This document shows, one piece after another, positions 38,368 to 47,554 of a stretch of 64,000 bases of DNA. This stretch comes from Candidatus Faecicola pullistercoris (GTDB lineage Bacteria > Bacillota > Clostridia > Christensenellales > CAG-917). Within the stretch, counting starts at the first letter, position 1, and every line of letters starts with the position of its first letter. Where the stretch lies: contig DVNW01000003.1 of NCBI GenBank assembly GCA_018714105.1, positions 18,265 to 82,264 of the forward strand. The letters are read 5' to 3'. The translations under genes and the position numbers were made by a program. Under the pieces are notes generated by a model. That model saw nothing but the letters and a program-made list of their open reading frames with translations. It had not been told where the DNA came from and did no database searches.

Positions 38368-38814
38368 ATGAATAAAACCGCAGTTTTATATTTAATACTG
38401 TTCGCGGCGGTCGCGACGGCGTTCGCGATTCCGGCGGAAGGAGAAAGGGCAATGGCTATTACCGTGGATTTCGAAACGGTCGGAGACGGATACGTCAGGC
38501 TGTTCGAAGAAAGGATTTTATCCGAAAAAGTCGTATCTGGAAAAAGCGCGGAGGAAATAGAAGATATTGCCCGAAAGCTTAAAGTAAGCCCGCGAAAGGC
38601 AAAATGCCTGATGTGTCTGCGCGCGGCCGTTATGGACGGCGGAGGGGAAATAACCCTTGAAGAGCTTGCGCGAAAGAGCGACGCCGAACTTACAGGGATA
38701 TTTGTTTCTTATTATAAGGAAAAGGCCAAAACCATGTCGCGGCAGCAGAAAAAAGCAGTGGGCGAGGAGTTCAGGCGGCTGAAAAGGGAAGAGCCTATAA
38801 AAATCAAACTGTGA
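38368..38814 (+). CDS. Hypothetical protein, possibly secreted
   Basis: Signal-peptide-like N-terminus; alternative start at ATG 38452 after AAGGAG. Confidence 0.5.
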   Translation: MNKTAVLYLILFAAVATAFAIPAEGERAMAITVDFETVGDGYVRLFEERILSEKVVSGKSAEEIEDIARKLKVSPRKAKCLMCLRAAVMDGGGEITLEELARKSDAELTGIFVSYYKEKAKTMSRQQKKAVGEEFRRLKREEPIKIKL

Positions 38815-38857
38815 TTTTACAGCTGCAAAACGCGGCATAAAATACCGTTTATGCAAT

Positions 38858-38887
38858 AAAAAAGCGGCGCCGAAGCGCCGCTTTTTA
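38858..38887. terminator. Bidirectional terminator
   Basis: AAAAAGCGGCGC-cgaa-GCGCCGCTTTTT. Confidence 0.78.
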
Positions 38888-38895
38888 TTATTTTT

Positions 38896-39540
38896 TTATT
38901 TGGTACGAATGGTTTTAATAAACAGAGAGTAAAGAAGTTCGTCCGAAAATTCCTTCGCGCCGGTTTTTTCCAGCACGGTTTTGACGATATATTCGCGGCA
39001 GCCTTCTTCCAGAACGCGGATTGCCTCGAATGCGTCTTCCACCGTGGCTCCGCAGGCGAACACGCCGTGGTTGGCAAGGAAACAGCCGTTACGGTCTTTC
39101 AGGGCTTCGAGAGTGTTGGCCGTGATTTTTTTGGTGCCGGGAAGGCCGTATTTGGCGCATCTGGCTTCGCCGCCTATATATTTTGCCATTCTGTCGTTCA
39201 TTACGGGAAGGGATTTCCTCGTGGAGGCAAAGATACTGCACTGAGTGGGGTGGCTGTGAAGCACTACGTTTATTTCGGGTCTGTCGCGGAGTATGGCGGC
39301 GTGGATTTTTCTTTCGCTGGTGGGTTTTTTGGGGCCCGTCCATTCGAGGGTGTTTATGTCCACTATAGCCATGTCTTCGGGCGTCAGGGTGATATAATCC
39401 AGTCCGCTGGGAGTTACCAGCATGCGGTTTTCGTCGAGGCGTATGGAGATATTGCCCCAGGTTCCCTGAACGAGGTTTTCTTTAAGCATATCGACGCCGG
39501 CCTGTTTTACGGCACAGCGCAGTTCGTATTCGTTAGCCAT
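38896..39540 (-). CDS. Class II aldolase (L-fuculose-1-phosphate aldolase-like), catalytic residues intact
   Basis: GTWGNIS, TPSG, PTSE (catalytic Glu), HSH, LANHG zinc ligands. Confidence 0.88.
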   Translation of the reverse strand: MANEYELRCAVKQAGVDMLKENLVQGTWGNISIRLDENRMLVTPSGLDYITLTPEDMAIVDINTLEWTGPKKPTSERKIHAAILRDRPEINVVLHSHPTQCSIFASTRKSLPVMNDRMAKYIGGEARCAKYGLPGTKKITANTLEALKDRNGCFLANHGVFACGATVEDAFEAIRVLEEGCREYIVKTVLEKTGAKEFSDELLYSLFIKTIRTK

Positions 39541-39550
39541 AAGTCCCTCC

Positions 39551-40219
39551 TTAATTGTGTTCTTCGTTCATTTTGGCCGCCTGGTTGGCTTTGCTGTACT
39601 TCTTCTTGTAGATGAAGCGTTGCAGATTGGCGTCCAGAAATCCGAGTGATACGCAGCCGCCTATTATCGTCCCTTCTATAAAGGTCTTGGCGGCTTTTTC
39701 GAGAACGAGACAGGCGGTATAGGCTTCGTCGAGAGTCCTTCCGCTGCTGAGCATTCCCTTGTTTCTGACCAGGCAGGCGTTACGTCCTTTAATGGCTTTG
39801 AGCACGTATTCGCACGTAAGGTCCTGCGCCGTTTTGATATTCGCGCCCACAATCTGCGACATATCGTCGAGAACGGGAGGAATGGTAACGCCCTCGTTTG
39901 CGCAGACGCAGGCGTTGACGGGCTGAGTATGCATAATGGCACCCGTTTCGGGCTGAGCCTTATAGATACCGGTATGTACGGCTATTTCGGCCTTTTCCTT
40001 TTCGGAGACGTTTGCCGACCCGAAGAAGGATACGTTTATGATGTCGGCTTCGGTCAGATTTGCCAGATCCGCGCCGTGCCTGGTGATATACATTGCGCTT
40101 TCGCCTTCTTTTACGCTAACGGTGCCGTTTTCGCCCACGAGGTTTTCGTCGGAGAGTTTTTTAGCGTATTCTATAATGGCCGCAACAAGAGTTTTGTTCA
40201 TTTTAAAGTTCTCCTTCAA
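39551..40219 (-). CDS. Class II aldolase-family paralog with degenerate zinc site
   Basis: Same fold pattern but HTQ in place of HxH and RNKG in place of NHG. Confidence 0.75.
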   Translation of the reverse strand: MKENFKMNKTLVAAIIEYAKKLSDENLVGENGTVSVKEGESAMYITRHGADLANLTEADIINVSFFGSANVSEKEKAEIAVHTGIYKAQPETGAIMHTQPVNACVCANEGVTIPPVLDDMSQIVGANIKTAQDLTCEYVLKAIKGRNACLVRNKGMLSSGRTLDEAYTACLVLEKAAKTFIEGTIIGGCVSLGFLDANLQRFIYKKKYSKANQAAKMNEEHN

Positions 40220-41732
40220 ATCGTTTGGAATTGGCGGCTTTGTAAGTCGACGCCAGATTTTTGTAGATTGCCTTATAGGTTTTGAACAGAGGATTGTAGA
40301 TATCGGCGTTACGCGCGTTGGGGGTATACGTTTTGGTGATTTTCACGAAGTCCCTGGCGTCTGAAAAGCTTTTGAGTTCGCCGAGGCCTATGAGAGCGAT
40401 AATCGCGCAACCCAAAGCGCCTGCGTTTCTGGGGTTGTCGACTATGGAAAACTCGGTGTTGGTAATATCGGCTATAATCTGCATCCAGGCGTTGTCTAGC
40501 GCGCCGCCGCCGATAATACGGAAGCTTTTACAGCTGAAACCGTAATCCTTTTTAAAGTTTTCGAGAATCCATCTGAGGTTATAAGCTACGCCTTCGTAAA
40601 CGGCGCGCATCAGATGTTCTCTGGTATGAGTCGGGTTGATGTTGAACAGGGTGGCTCTAGTGGTGGTGGAGCTTACGGGACAGCGTTCGCCCATCATCCA
40701 CGGCGTGCAGATGAGGTAGTCGCTTCCGGGGGCGATGGTATTGATGACTTCGTCCATATAAGCGTAAATACCTTCGCCTTTTTCCTGTTGTTCGGTTTTG
40801 AAGAACTGGTCGCACAGCCATTGAATGTTGCTTCCCGCGGCTTCGGTTATGCCCGCGATAAGGTTCATTTCGGGGTCCGCGCTCTGTATAGCGGCCGCGC
40901 CGTGTTTAAAGGCCGTGGCCGTTTTGGAAGTTGCCGCCACCCATGCCGAGGTGCCGAGGTAAATGTGAATATCGCCGTCGCCGTTCATTCCGCTTCCTAT
41001 CGCCGCCGACTGAACGTCGTCGCATCCGCCGAATACCGGAATGCCTTCGACAAGGCCCATTTCTTTGGCCGCTTCTTCGGTAAGACCGCCTACGTTGTCC
41101 GTGCTTTTTACGAGAGGGGGAAGTTTATTCATATCTAGCCCCGTAAGACGCAGCACGCTGAGCCACGTCTTCTTTTTGAGGTCGAGGCCGTAAGACGAAG
41201 CGCCGGACAGTTCGAATACCATGCGTCCCGTGCAACGGTATTTGAGATAGCCGTTAACGTCGAGTATGTATTTGGTATGATTGTAAATGTCGGGCCGCTC
41301 TTCTTTGAGCCAGATTATTTTTGCGATGCAGTCCTTACCCATTATAGGCGTGCCCGCAACCAGGGTAAACAGTTTTTTGCCGCCCAGTTTTTTCATGATT
41401 GACTGAGCCTGTTTTTCTGCGCGCGCGTCTACCCACGTAATATTGTTGTAAAGGCAGTTGCCTTTTTCGTCCATGGGTATTACGCCCTGTGCCTGCGTGG
41501 AAAATATTATGCCGCCTATATCCTCGGGAGAAATACCCTGAGAAGATATTATGTCGCGCGTGGACTGACAAACGGCTTTCCAGTAGTCTTCGGGATCCTG
41601 TTCCACCCAGGCGGGGTAGGGATAATACGTGGGATAAGGCGCGACCTTGGTGGCTATGATTTTACCGTCATAGCTCACCAGAACGGCCTTGTCCGAACTT
41701 GTACCTATATCGTGTGCAAGTATGTATTTCAT
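40203..41732 (-). CDS. FGGY-family carbohydrate kinase
   Basis: DIGTSSDK, EQDP, WVDAR, GTSAW, GERCP, RAVYEGV, GGGA. Confidence 0.92.
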   Translation of the reverse strand: MKYILAHDIGTSSDKAVLVSYDGKIIATKVAPYPTYYPYPAWVEQDPEDYWKAVCQSTRDIISSQGISPEDIGGIIFSTQAQGVIPMDEKGNCLYNNITWVDARAEKQAQSIMKKLGGKKLFTLVAGTPIMGKDCIAKIIWLKEERPDIYNHTKYILDVNGYLKYRCTGRMVFELSGASSYGLDLKKKTWLSVLRLTGLDMNKLPPLVKSTDNVGGLTEEAAKEMGLVEGIPVFGGCDDVQSAAIGSGMNGDGDIHIYLGTSAWVAATSKTATAFKHGAAAIQSADPEMNLIAGITEAAGSNIQWLCDQFFKTEQQEKGEGIYAYMDEVINTIAPGSDYLICTPWMMGERCPVSSTTTRATLFNINPTHTREHLMRAVYEGVAYNLRWILENFKKDYGFSCKSFRIIGGGALDNAWMQIIADITNTEFSIVDNPRNAGALGCAIIALIGLGELKSFSDARDFVKITKTYTPNARNADIYNPLFKTYKAIYKNLASTYKAANSKRFEGEL

Positions 41733-41756
41733 AATTTACCTCTTACGCAAGGGGAT

Positions 41757-43253
41757 TTATTTGTCGAGAGGACGTTTGCACTCTTCTACGGTGGCGAAGA
41801 CTTTTTCGAATCTGTCGAGAGCCGCGTCTACGACTTCGTCGGTATCCGCCATAGAGGTGTACAGCCTGCTGCCGGCAAGAGTGATGATTCCGTTTGCCGC
41901 ATACGCCGCGCCCATCTGTTCCATAGCCGTCTTTCTTCTCATCATTTCGTCCTTGTTTTTGAGCATGGGAATTACGGATTTAAGCAGGTTCATGCTGGAA
42001 TAGTCGTAACTCATTGCGCCCGTGCATTCGAGGTGAACGATAGAACCCTGGTTGTAAGCCACGAAAGGCAGACCGTATTTGGCAATCAGCGCTTTGAGAC
42101 CGGCGGTGATTCTGTCGCCGGCCTGACCGGCCTTTTCGCAAGCGTTGGTTTCGGCTATTGCCTGTATGCAGCAGTATCCTGCGAAAGCGGACAGGGGGTT
42201 GGCCGCGAGAGTGCCGCCTACGTAAGCTCTCTTCATCATGGTGCCTACGCCGGCCGCCATGCATTTTACGAGGTCGGCTCTGCCGCCTACGCCGCCGGCT
42301 GCGGGATATCCGCCCGCGATAACTTTACCGAATATGGTAAGGTCGGGTTTTACGTTGAAGTAGCCCTGAGCGCCGCCCAGACCTACGCGGAAGCCCGTAA
42401 CGACTTCGTCGAAGATGAACAGCGCGCCGTATTTGTCGCAAAGTTCCCTTACGCCTTTGTTGTAATCGAAATCGACGGGACGGGTGCCGCTTTCGGGACC
42501 TACGGGTTCAACTATAACGGCCGCGGTGCCGCCTTTAAGTTTGTTGCGTCTGAGCATCGCTTCGAGCATGTTAAGATCGTTGGGTCTTACTTCGTCGGTA
42601 GTGCCGTAGCAGCCCTTGGGTATGCCGTGAGATTCGAGGAAGCTGCGGCTTCCGGGGATTTTCAGGCCGTAAACCATCTGATCGCTCCAACCGTGGTAAG
42701 CTCCGCCGATTTTGATGATTCTCTTTTTCTTGGTAGCGCAGCGGGCTATTCTGATAGCGGCCATTACGGATTCGGTACCCGAACCGAGCATCCTGAACAT
42801 TTCTACGTTGGGCATGTGCTTGTTGATTTCTTTGGCAAGCAGCAGTTCGGCTTCGTGGAAAAGACCGGTAACGGGGCCGCATTCTTTGACAAGCGCCATT
42901 ACTTTTTCCTGAACGGGCTTGTAATTGCTGCCGAGTACGGTGGGACCGCCGGCCTGTAAAAAGTCAAAGTATTTGTTTCCGTCGATGTCGTATAAGTATG
43001 CGCCTTCCGCCTTAACCATGCAGAGGGGGAAGGGATAGTTGAACGCCAGGTTGTGCTGAACGCCGCCGGGGATATAGTTTTTGGCCTCGGTGGTAATAGC
43101 CTTGGATTTGGCGCACTTGGTTTCGTAGTGTTCGAGAACGTCTTTCAGCGCCTGGTCCGATATGCACCATATAGGCTTGCTGGTTAATTCTTTCAGTTCC
43201 TTGTAAATTTCGGATGCGGGTTGCCATTTGCTGATTGCGTATCCGTTGCTCAT
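41757..43253 (-). CDS. Class III PLP aminotransferase (GSA-aminomutase-like fold) with N-terminal extension
   Basis: IPGGVQHN, GAYLYDIDGN, SGTES, GAYHG, FDEVVTGFR, IFGKVIAGG, GGTLAANP. Confidence 0.88.
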   Translation of the reverse strand: MSNGYAISKWQPASEIYKELKELTSKPIWCISDQALKDVLEHYETKCAKSKAITTEAKNYIPGGVQHNLAFNYPFPLCMVKAEGAYLYDIDGNKYFDFLQAGGPTVLGSNYKPVQEKVMALVKECGPVTGLFHEAELLLAKEINKHMPNVEMFRMLGSGTESVMAAIRIARCATKKKRIIKIGGAYHGWSDQMVYGLKIPGSRSFLESHGIPKGCYGTTDEVRPNDLNMLEAMLRRNKLKGGTAAVIVEPVGPESGTRPVDFDYNKGVRELCDKYGALFIFDEVVTGFRVGLGGAQGYFNVKPDLTIFGKVIAGGYPAAGGVGGRADLVKCMAAGVGTMMKRAYVGGTLAANPLSAFAGYCCIQAIAETNACEKAGQAGDRITAGLKALIAKYGLPFVAYNQGSIVHLECTGAMSYDYSSMNLLKSVIPMLKNKDEMMRRKTAMEQMGAAYAANGIITLAGSRLYTSMADTDEVVDAALDRFEKVFATVEECKRPLDK

Positions 43254-43265
43254 TTTTCTGACCTC

Positions 43266-43844
43266 CTAATAATTCTTTAAAAAAGTTATGAATTTGTTTA
43301 TGCTTTCTTTTATCTCAAAGTCGGACGAAAAGTCCTCCTTATAAATAAACTTCTGAAATATCAGCCCGTAGTAGACGCCCATGAGAATGGCCGACAGCTC
43401 TTTCGGCGAAAACTGTTCGGAAAGCCCTTTGAACCCCGACCTTTCGGTAATGGACTTTTGCAGGTACAGATCGATTTCCTTGAAGGAATTGTCTTTTTTG
43501 CTGAGAATGCCGCGCATAAGCAGTTCGCCCGTAAGGTAAGGATAGGGGAAGGTGTCGTCCACCAGGCGGAACAGCATCGACCGCAAAGGAAATCCTTTGT
43601 CCGACGCGACCGCGGCTTCGAGCATATCGTTTATTTCCTGCGAGGCGATTTCTTCAAGCAGCTCGTCAACCGAGCCGAAATGGTTGAAAAAGGTTGACCG
43701 CGAGACGTCGGCGTGTTCGCTTATTTCGTCTATGGTGGTTTTATCAATACCCTTTTGTTCGAACAGAGTTTTTGCGCTGTGCAAAATAGCTTTGTGGGTA
43801 TTGTTCTTTTTTCTTAACCGTCTTGATTGCTGTTGATTTTCCAT
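43266..43844 (-). CDS. TetR/AcrR-family transcriptional regulator
   Basis: ILHSAKTLFEQKG...TTIDEISEHADVSRSTFFNHF. Confidence 0.9.
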   Translation of the reverse strand: MENQQQSRRLRKKNNTHKAILHSAKTLFEQKGIDKTTIDEISEHADVSRSTFFNHFGSVDELLEEIASQEINDMLEAAVASDKGFPLRSMLFRLVDDTFPYPYLTGELLMRGILSKKDNSFKEIDLYLQKSITERSGFKGLSEQFSPKELSAILMGVYYGLIFQKFIYKEDFSSDFEIKESINKFITFLKNY

Positions 43845-44311
43845 CAGCCGTCGCCACCCTTTATTAACGTTTTTAAACGTCAGTTTAAGTACTGTTTAAA
43901 TTTTACCATACGAAAGAGCAAAAAGTAAAGCAAATTAAAAAAATAATTGTACTGAGGTGCAATTTTATACGAAAATACAAAAATGACCTCGGCGGCCGCC
44001 GGCAAAAGGATTCGGCCGTGCGGCAAAGCGCAAAAGGCCTAATACGGGCGGCGGAACGCTACCGAGCGCAGGCTGCCGAAAAGCTGCGACCGAGAATAAA
44101 TTGTCGGAAACCGCTGTTAAAAGCGGGAATTTAGCTTTTAAACCTCGCATTTGCTTTAAATAAAAAGTTTTGCCGTTTCGGCGAAAATGCAGCGGCAAAG
44201 GCGCATAATCCTTTCCGTAAAGTCCTTCGTCGGCTCTTTTTGCGCTGAAAAACGGGCCGCCGTCAGGAATGCGCGGAGCTTTTCTTTTATATATATACTA
44301 TCGATTATTTG

Positions 44312-44340
44312 TTGACATATCGCGATTTTGCGGTTATAAT
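44312..44340 (+). promoter_or_regulatory. sigmaA promoter of greA-lysS
   Basis: TTGACA-N17-TATAAT. Confidence 0.8.
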
Positions 44341-44391
44341 CAAATACATTATACGGGTTTTTATCCGTATTATTTTTAAGGAGCTTTAATA

Positions 44392-44865
44392 ATGGAAAAA
44401 ATTTATTTGACCAAAAAAGGTTACGACGAACTTAAAGAGCGTTACGATTATCTGTGCGGACAGGGCAGAGCCGAAATGGCCGAAAAAATCAAAGTCGCGC
44501 GCGAATTCGGCGACCTCAGCGAGAATGCCGAGTACGATATCGCCAAAAACGAACAGGCCTTTATGGAAAAAGAAATTAAGGAAATCGACGACAAGCTCGC
44601 AAACGCAATCATCATAGACGAAAGCGAACTCGACAACAAAACCGTAAGCATCGGAAGCACGGTTAAAGTTCTGGACGTCGAGCTCGACACGAAGGAAGAG
44701 TATAAAATCGTAGGTTCCAGCGAAGCCGAGATAGCCGAAAACAAAATCAGCAACGAATCGCCCCTCGGCAAAGCGCTTATCGGTAAAAAGAAAAACGCCG
44801 TAGTCGACGTGGAAACTCCCGACGGCATCGTTAAATACAAAATACTTTCTATCAGCGTAGACTGA
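44392..44865 (+). CDS. greA: Transcription elongation factor GreA
   Basis: [24 protein letters not shown]. Confidence 0.96.
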   Translation: MEKIYLTKKGYDELKERYDYLCGQGRAEMAEKIKVAREFGDLSENAEYDIAKNEQAFMEKEIKEIDDKLANAIIIDESELDNKTVSIGSTVKVLDVELDTKEEYKIVGSSEAEIAENKISNESPLGKALIGKKKNAVVDVETPDGIVKYKILSISVD

Positions 44866-44882
44866 TTTTTCGGGTAAAACTT

Positions 44883-46391
44883 ATGGACGAATCTGTTTTG
44901 AATGTCAGCGCGGCTCCCGAAGAGGAAGCCGATATTAACGAAATACTTAAAATCCGCAAGGAAAAACTTGCAGAGCTTATCGCTGCAGGCAAAAATCCTT
45001 ACGAAATCGTTAAATTCGATAAGGAAAACTCTTCCGCCGATATTATTGACAATTATCCGGACTACGAGGGTAAAACGGTATCGCTTGCCGGCCGCCTCGT
45101 AAGCAAAAGGGTTATGGGCAAGGCCAGTTTCGGGCATCTTCTCGACGGGCAGGGCCAGATTCAGCTTTATTTTAAAAAGGACGTTCTCGGCGACGACGTT
45201 TACGAGGACTTCAAAAAGTACGATATAGGCGACATTATCGGCGTCAAAGGCGAGGTCTTTACCACGCATAAGGGTGAAATCAGCGTCAAGGTTACCGAGC
45301 TTTCACTGCTTTCCAAGTCCCTTCTGCCCCTTCCCGAGAAGTGGCACGGGCTTACAAATACCGACCTCAGGTACCGCCAGAGGTACGTAGATCTTATCGC
45401 CAACCCCGAAGTCAAAAAGACTTTCGTCGTAAGAAGCAGGATAATAAGCGCGATAAGAGAGTTTCTGGACGGCGAAGGCTTTATCGAAGTCGAAACGCCT
45501 ATCCTCAATACCATAGCGGGCGGCGCAAGCGCAAGGCCCTTCATTACCCATCACAACACTCTCGATATCGATATGTACATGCGCATAGCTCCCGAGCTGT
45601 ATCTCAAAAGGCTTATCGTGGGCGGCTTCGAAAAAGTCTACGAAATGGGCAGGCTGTTCAGAAACGAAGGTATGGACCCCAAACACAATCCCGAATTCAC
45701 AACAGTGGAACTCTATCAGGCTTATACCGATTATCACGGAATGATGGATATCACCGAAAGGCTTTTCGAGTTTGTGGCTTTAAAAGCGGTGGGAACTACC
45801 GAAATTACCTATCAGGGGCAGGCCGTAAGCCTCAAAGCTCCCTGGGAAAGGATTACCATGACGGACGCTGTCAAAAAGTATACGGGCCTTGATTTCTCGG
45901 ACGAAAGCAGACTCCCCGAGCTCATCAAAGAGGCCGAAAAGGCGGGCGTGGGTTTTGAAAAGGACGTCAGCTGGGGTAAGGCGCTTTACACCGTTTTCGA
46001 TCAGCTTGTCGAACAGCATCTCACAGGCCCCGTGTTCGTAACGGATTATCCCGTAGAGGTTTCGCCTCTCGCAAAGAGAAAGGCGTCGGACAAACGCCTT
46101 ACCGAGAGGTTCGAATTCTTTATAAACTGCAGGGAAATGGGCAACGCGTTCAGCGAGCTTAACGACCCGATCGACCAGCGCGAACGCTTTATGCAGCAGG
46201 TTAAGGAACGCGAAAAGGGCGACGACGAGGCACAGATGATGGACGAAGATTTCGTTACCGCGCTCGAATACGGCCTTCCGCCCACAGGCGGGTTGGGAAT
46301 AGGCGTGGACAGGCTGGTAATGCTGCTTACCGACAGCTTCTCGATAAGAGACGTACTGCTGTTCCCCACGATGAAACCCAAAGGCAAATAA
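44883..46391 (+). CDS. lysS: Lysine--tRNA ligase (class II)
   Basis: [52 protein letters not shown]. Confidence 0.97.
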   Translation: MDESVLNVSAAPEEEADINEILKIRKEKLAELIAAGKNPYEIVKFDKENSSADIIDNYPDYEGKTVSLAGRLVSKRVMGKASFGHLLDGQGQIQLYFKKDVLGDDVYEDFKKYDIGDIIGVKGEVFTTHKGEISVKVTELSLLSKSLLPLPEKWHGLTNTDLRYRQRYVDLIANPEVKKTFVVRSRIISAIREFLDGEGFIEVETPILNTIAGGASARPFITHHNTLDIDMYMRIAPELYLKRLIVGGFEKVYEMGRLFRNEGMDPKHNPEFTTVELYQAYTDYHGMMDITERLFEFVALKAVGTTEITYQGQAVSLKAPWERITMTDAVKKYTGLDFSDESRLPELIKEAEKAGVGFEKDVSWGKALYTVFDQLVEQHLTGPVFVTDYPVEVSPLAKRKASDKRLTERFEFFINCREMGNAFSELNDPIDQRERFMQQVKEREKGDDEAQMMDEDFVTALEYGLPPTGGLGIGVDRLVMLLTDSFSIRDVLLFPTMKPKGK

Positions 46392-46430
46392 ACCGCAAAA
46401 ACGATAAAACTACGGCCGAAAGGCCGTTTT

Positions 46431-47516
46431 TTATTTGCGGTCGAGAAAGACGCGGAACAGAGGAAGACAGGAAGAAAAGAATTTTTTATACGACGTGCAA
46501 TAATCTCTGTCCGCTTTGCTGCGTTTACAACCGCCGCCTCTGCACATTTTGTAAAAAGCGCAGCTTTTGCACCGTTCGTCTGCGGGAAGGCTTTCTTCGA
46601 TAAAACCGACGGCGGCCGCGGAGCGGGAAAGGGCCGTTAAAGACGTCTCGTTCACGTTGCCGAGAAGATACTCGTCCAGGCAATAAAAATCACACGGATA
46701 CACGTTGCCGTTGCCCTCGATTACCAGCTGATGCGAGCAGTGTCCGTTCATACCGCATTGCTCGGGCGGTTCGCCGCGGAAAAGCCGTACGTAATTATCG
46801 AGCTGCCTTACGCTAGTGTAATTGCCGCTCACGTAATCCTTTACGTAAAGGTTGAATATGCGCACGAGGTAATCGCCGTACTGCTCGGCCGTCATATACA
46901 GGCGGCTCTCGCTTTTGTCGCCGAAGGGGCGCAGACAGGGTATGAATTGCAGATATCTGAAGCCGCGGTCGGTGAAAAACCTGTATACGGTTTCTATATT
47001 TTCGGCAATATCTGCGGTTAAAACAGTCAAAACATTAAAATCAACGCCGTATTCGGTTAAAATATCGGCTGCTTTTATAATATCGTTATAGGCATACGCG
47101 CCGTTTTTGTACATTCGGTTGCGGTTGAAATTGCGGTCGCCGTCCAGGCTCAGCCCTATCAGGAAGCCGTGTTTTTTGAAAAAACGGGCCCATTCTTCGT
47201 TTATCAGCGTTCCGTTGGTTTGAAGGCTGTAATACACGGGTATGTTTTCGGCGTTGGCTTTAAGGACGAATTCGGTGAAGCGTTCGAAATATTCCGCTCC
47301 CGCGATAAGGGGTTCGCCGCCCTGAAAGGCAAAGGCCACGCTGTCGCCTTCGGCAAGGGAAAACGCGTCCGAAATCAGCTTTTCGGCCGTGGCGGAGGAC
47401 ATTATTCCGTAATCGTAACTCTCGCGGCTGTCGGCAAGCGAATGATAAAAACAGTATTTGCACCCGAGATTGCACAGGCTTGACGCGGGCTTTATCATTA
47501 TGGATACGTGGGGCAT
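46431..47516 (-). CDS. Anaerobic sulfatase-maturating radical SAM/SPASM enzyme
   Basis: IKPASSLCNLGCKYCFY, QGGEP, QFIP, YPCDFY and C-terminal SPASM cysteines; downstream of a sulfatase. Confidence 0.9.
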   Translation of the reverse strand: MPHVSIMIKPASSLCNLGCKYCFYHSLADSRESYDYGIMSSATAEKLISDAFSLAEGDSVAFAFQGGEPLIAGAEYFERFTEFVLKANAENIPVYYSLQTNGTLINEEWARFFKKHGFLIGLSLDGDRNFNRNRMYKNGAYAYNDIIKAADILTEYGVDFNVLTVLTADIAENIETVYRFFTDRGFRYLQFIPCLRPFGDKSESRLYMTAEQYGDYLVRIFNLYVKDYVSGNYTSVRQLDNYVRLFRGEPPEQCGMNGHCSHQLVIEGNGNVYPCDFYCLDEYLLGNVNETSLTALSRSAAAVGFIEESLPADERCKSCAFYKMCRGGGCKRSKADRDYCTSYKKFFSSCLPLFRVFLDRK

Positions 47517-47554
47517 AAGAAGTCCTTTAAAAAAGGGCGGAGGACAACCCCTTT

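Noticed and set aside
36734-38814. TPR protein, D-2-hydroxyacid dehydrogenase and hypothetical gene as parts of the catabolic system
   Set aside because: Separated from both operons by terminators; a link via hydroxypyruvate/glycerate is conceivable but unsupported
32578-43253. Calling either class III aminotransferase hemL
   Set aside because: No tetrapyrrole genes nearby, and the N-terminal substrate motifs differ from HemL PGGVNSPVR (here PGGVYGH and PGGVQHN)
31810-43844. Bacterial microcompartment locus (aminotransferase plus aldolase plus kinase resembles some BMC loci)
   Set aside because: No BMC shell protein genes in the window
43965-44300. GC-rich non-coding stretch between tetR and greA as an ncRNA or MITE
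   Set aside because: No terminal inverted repeats, second copy or known RNA motif seen
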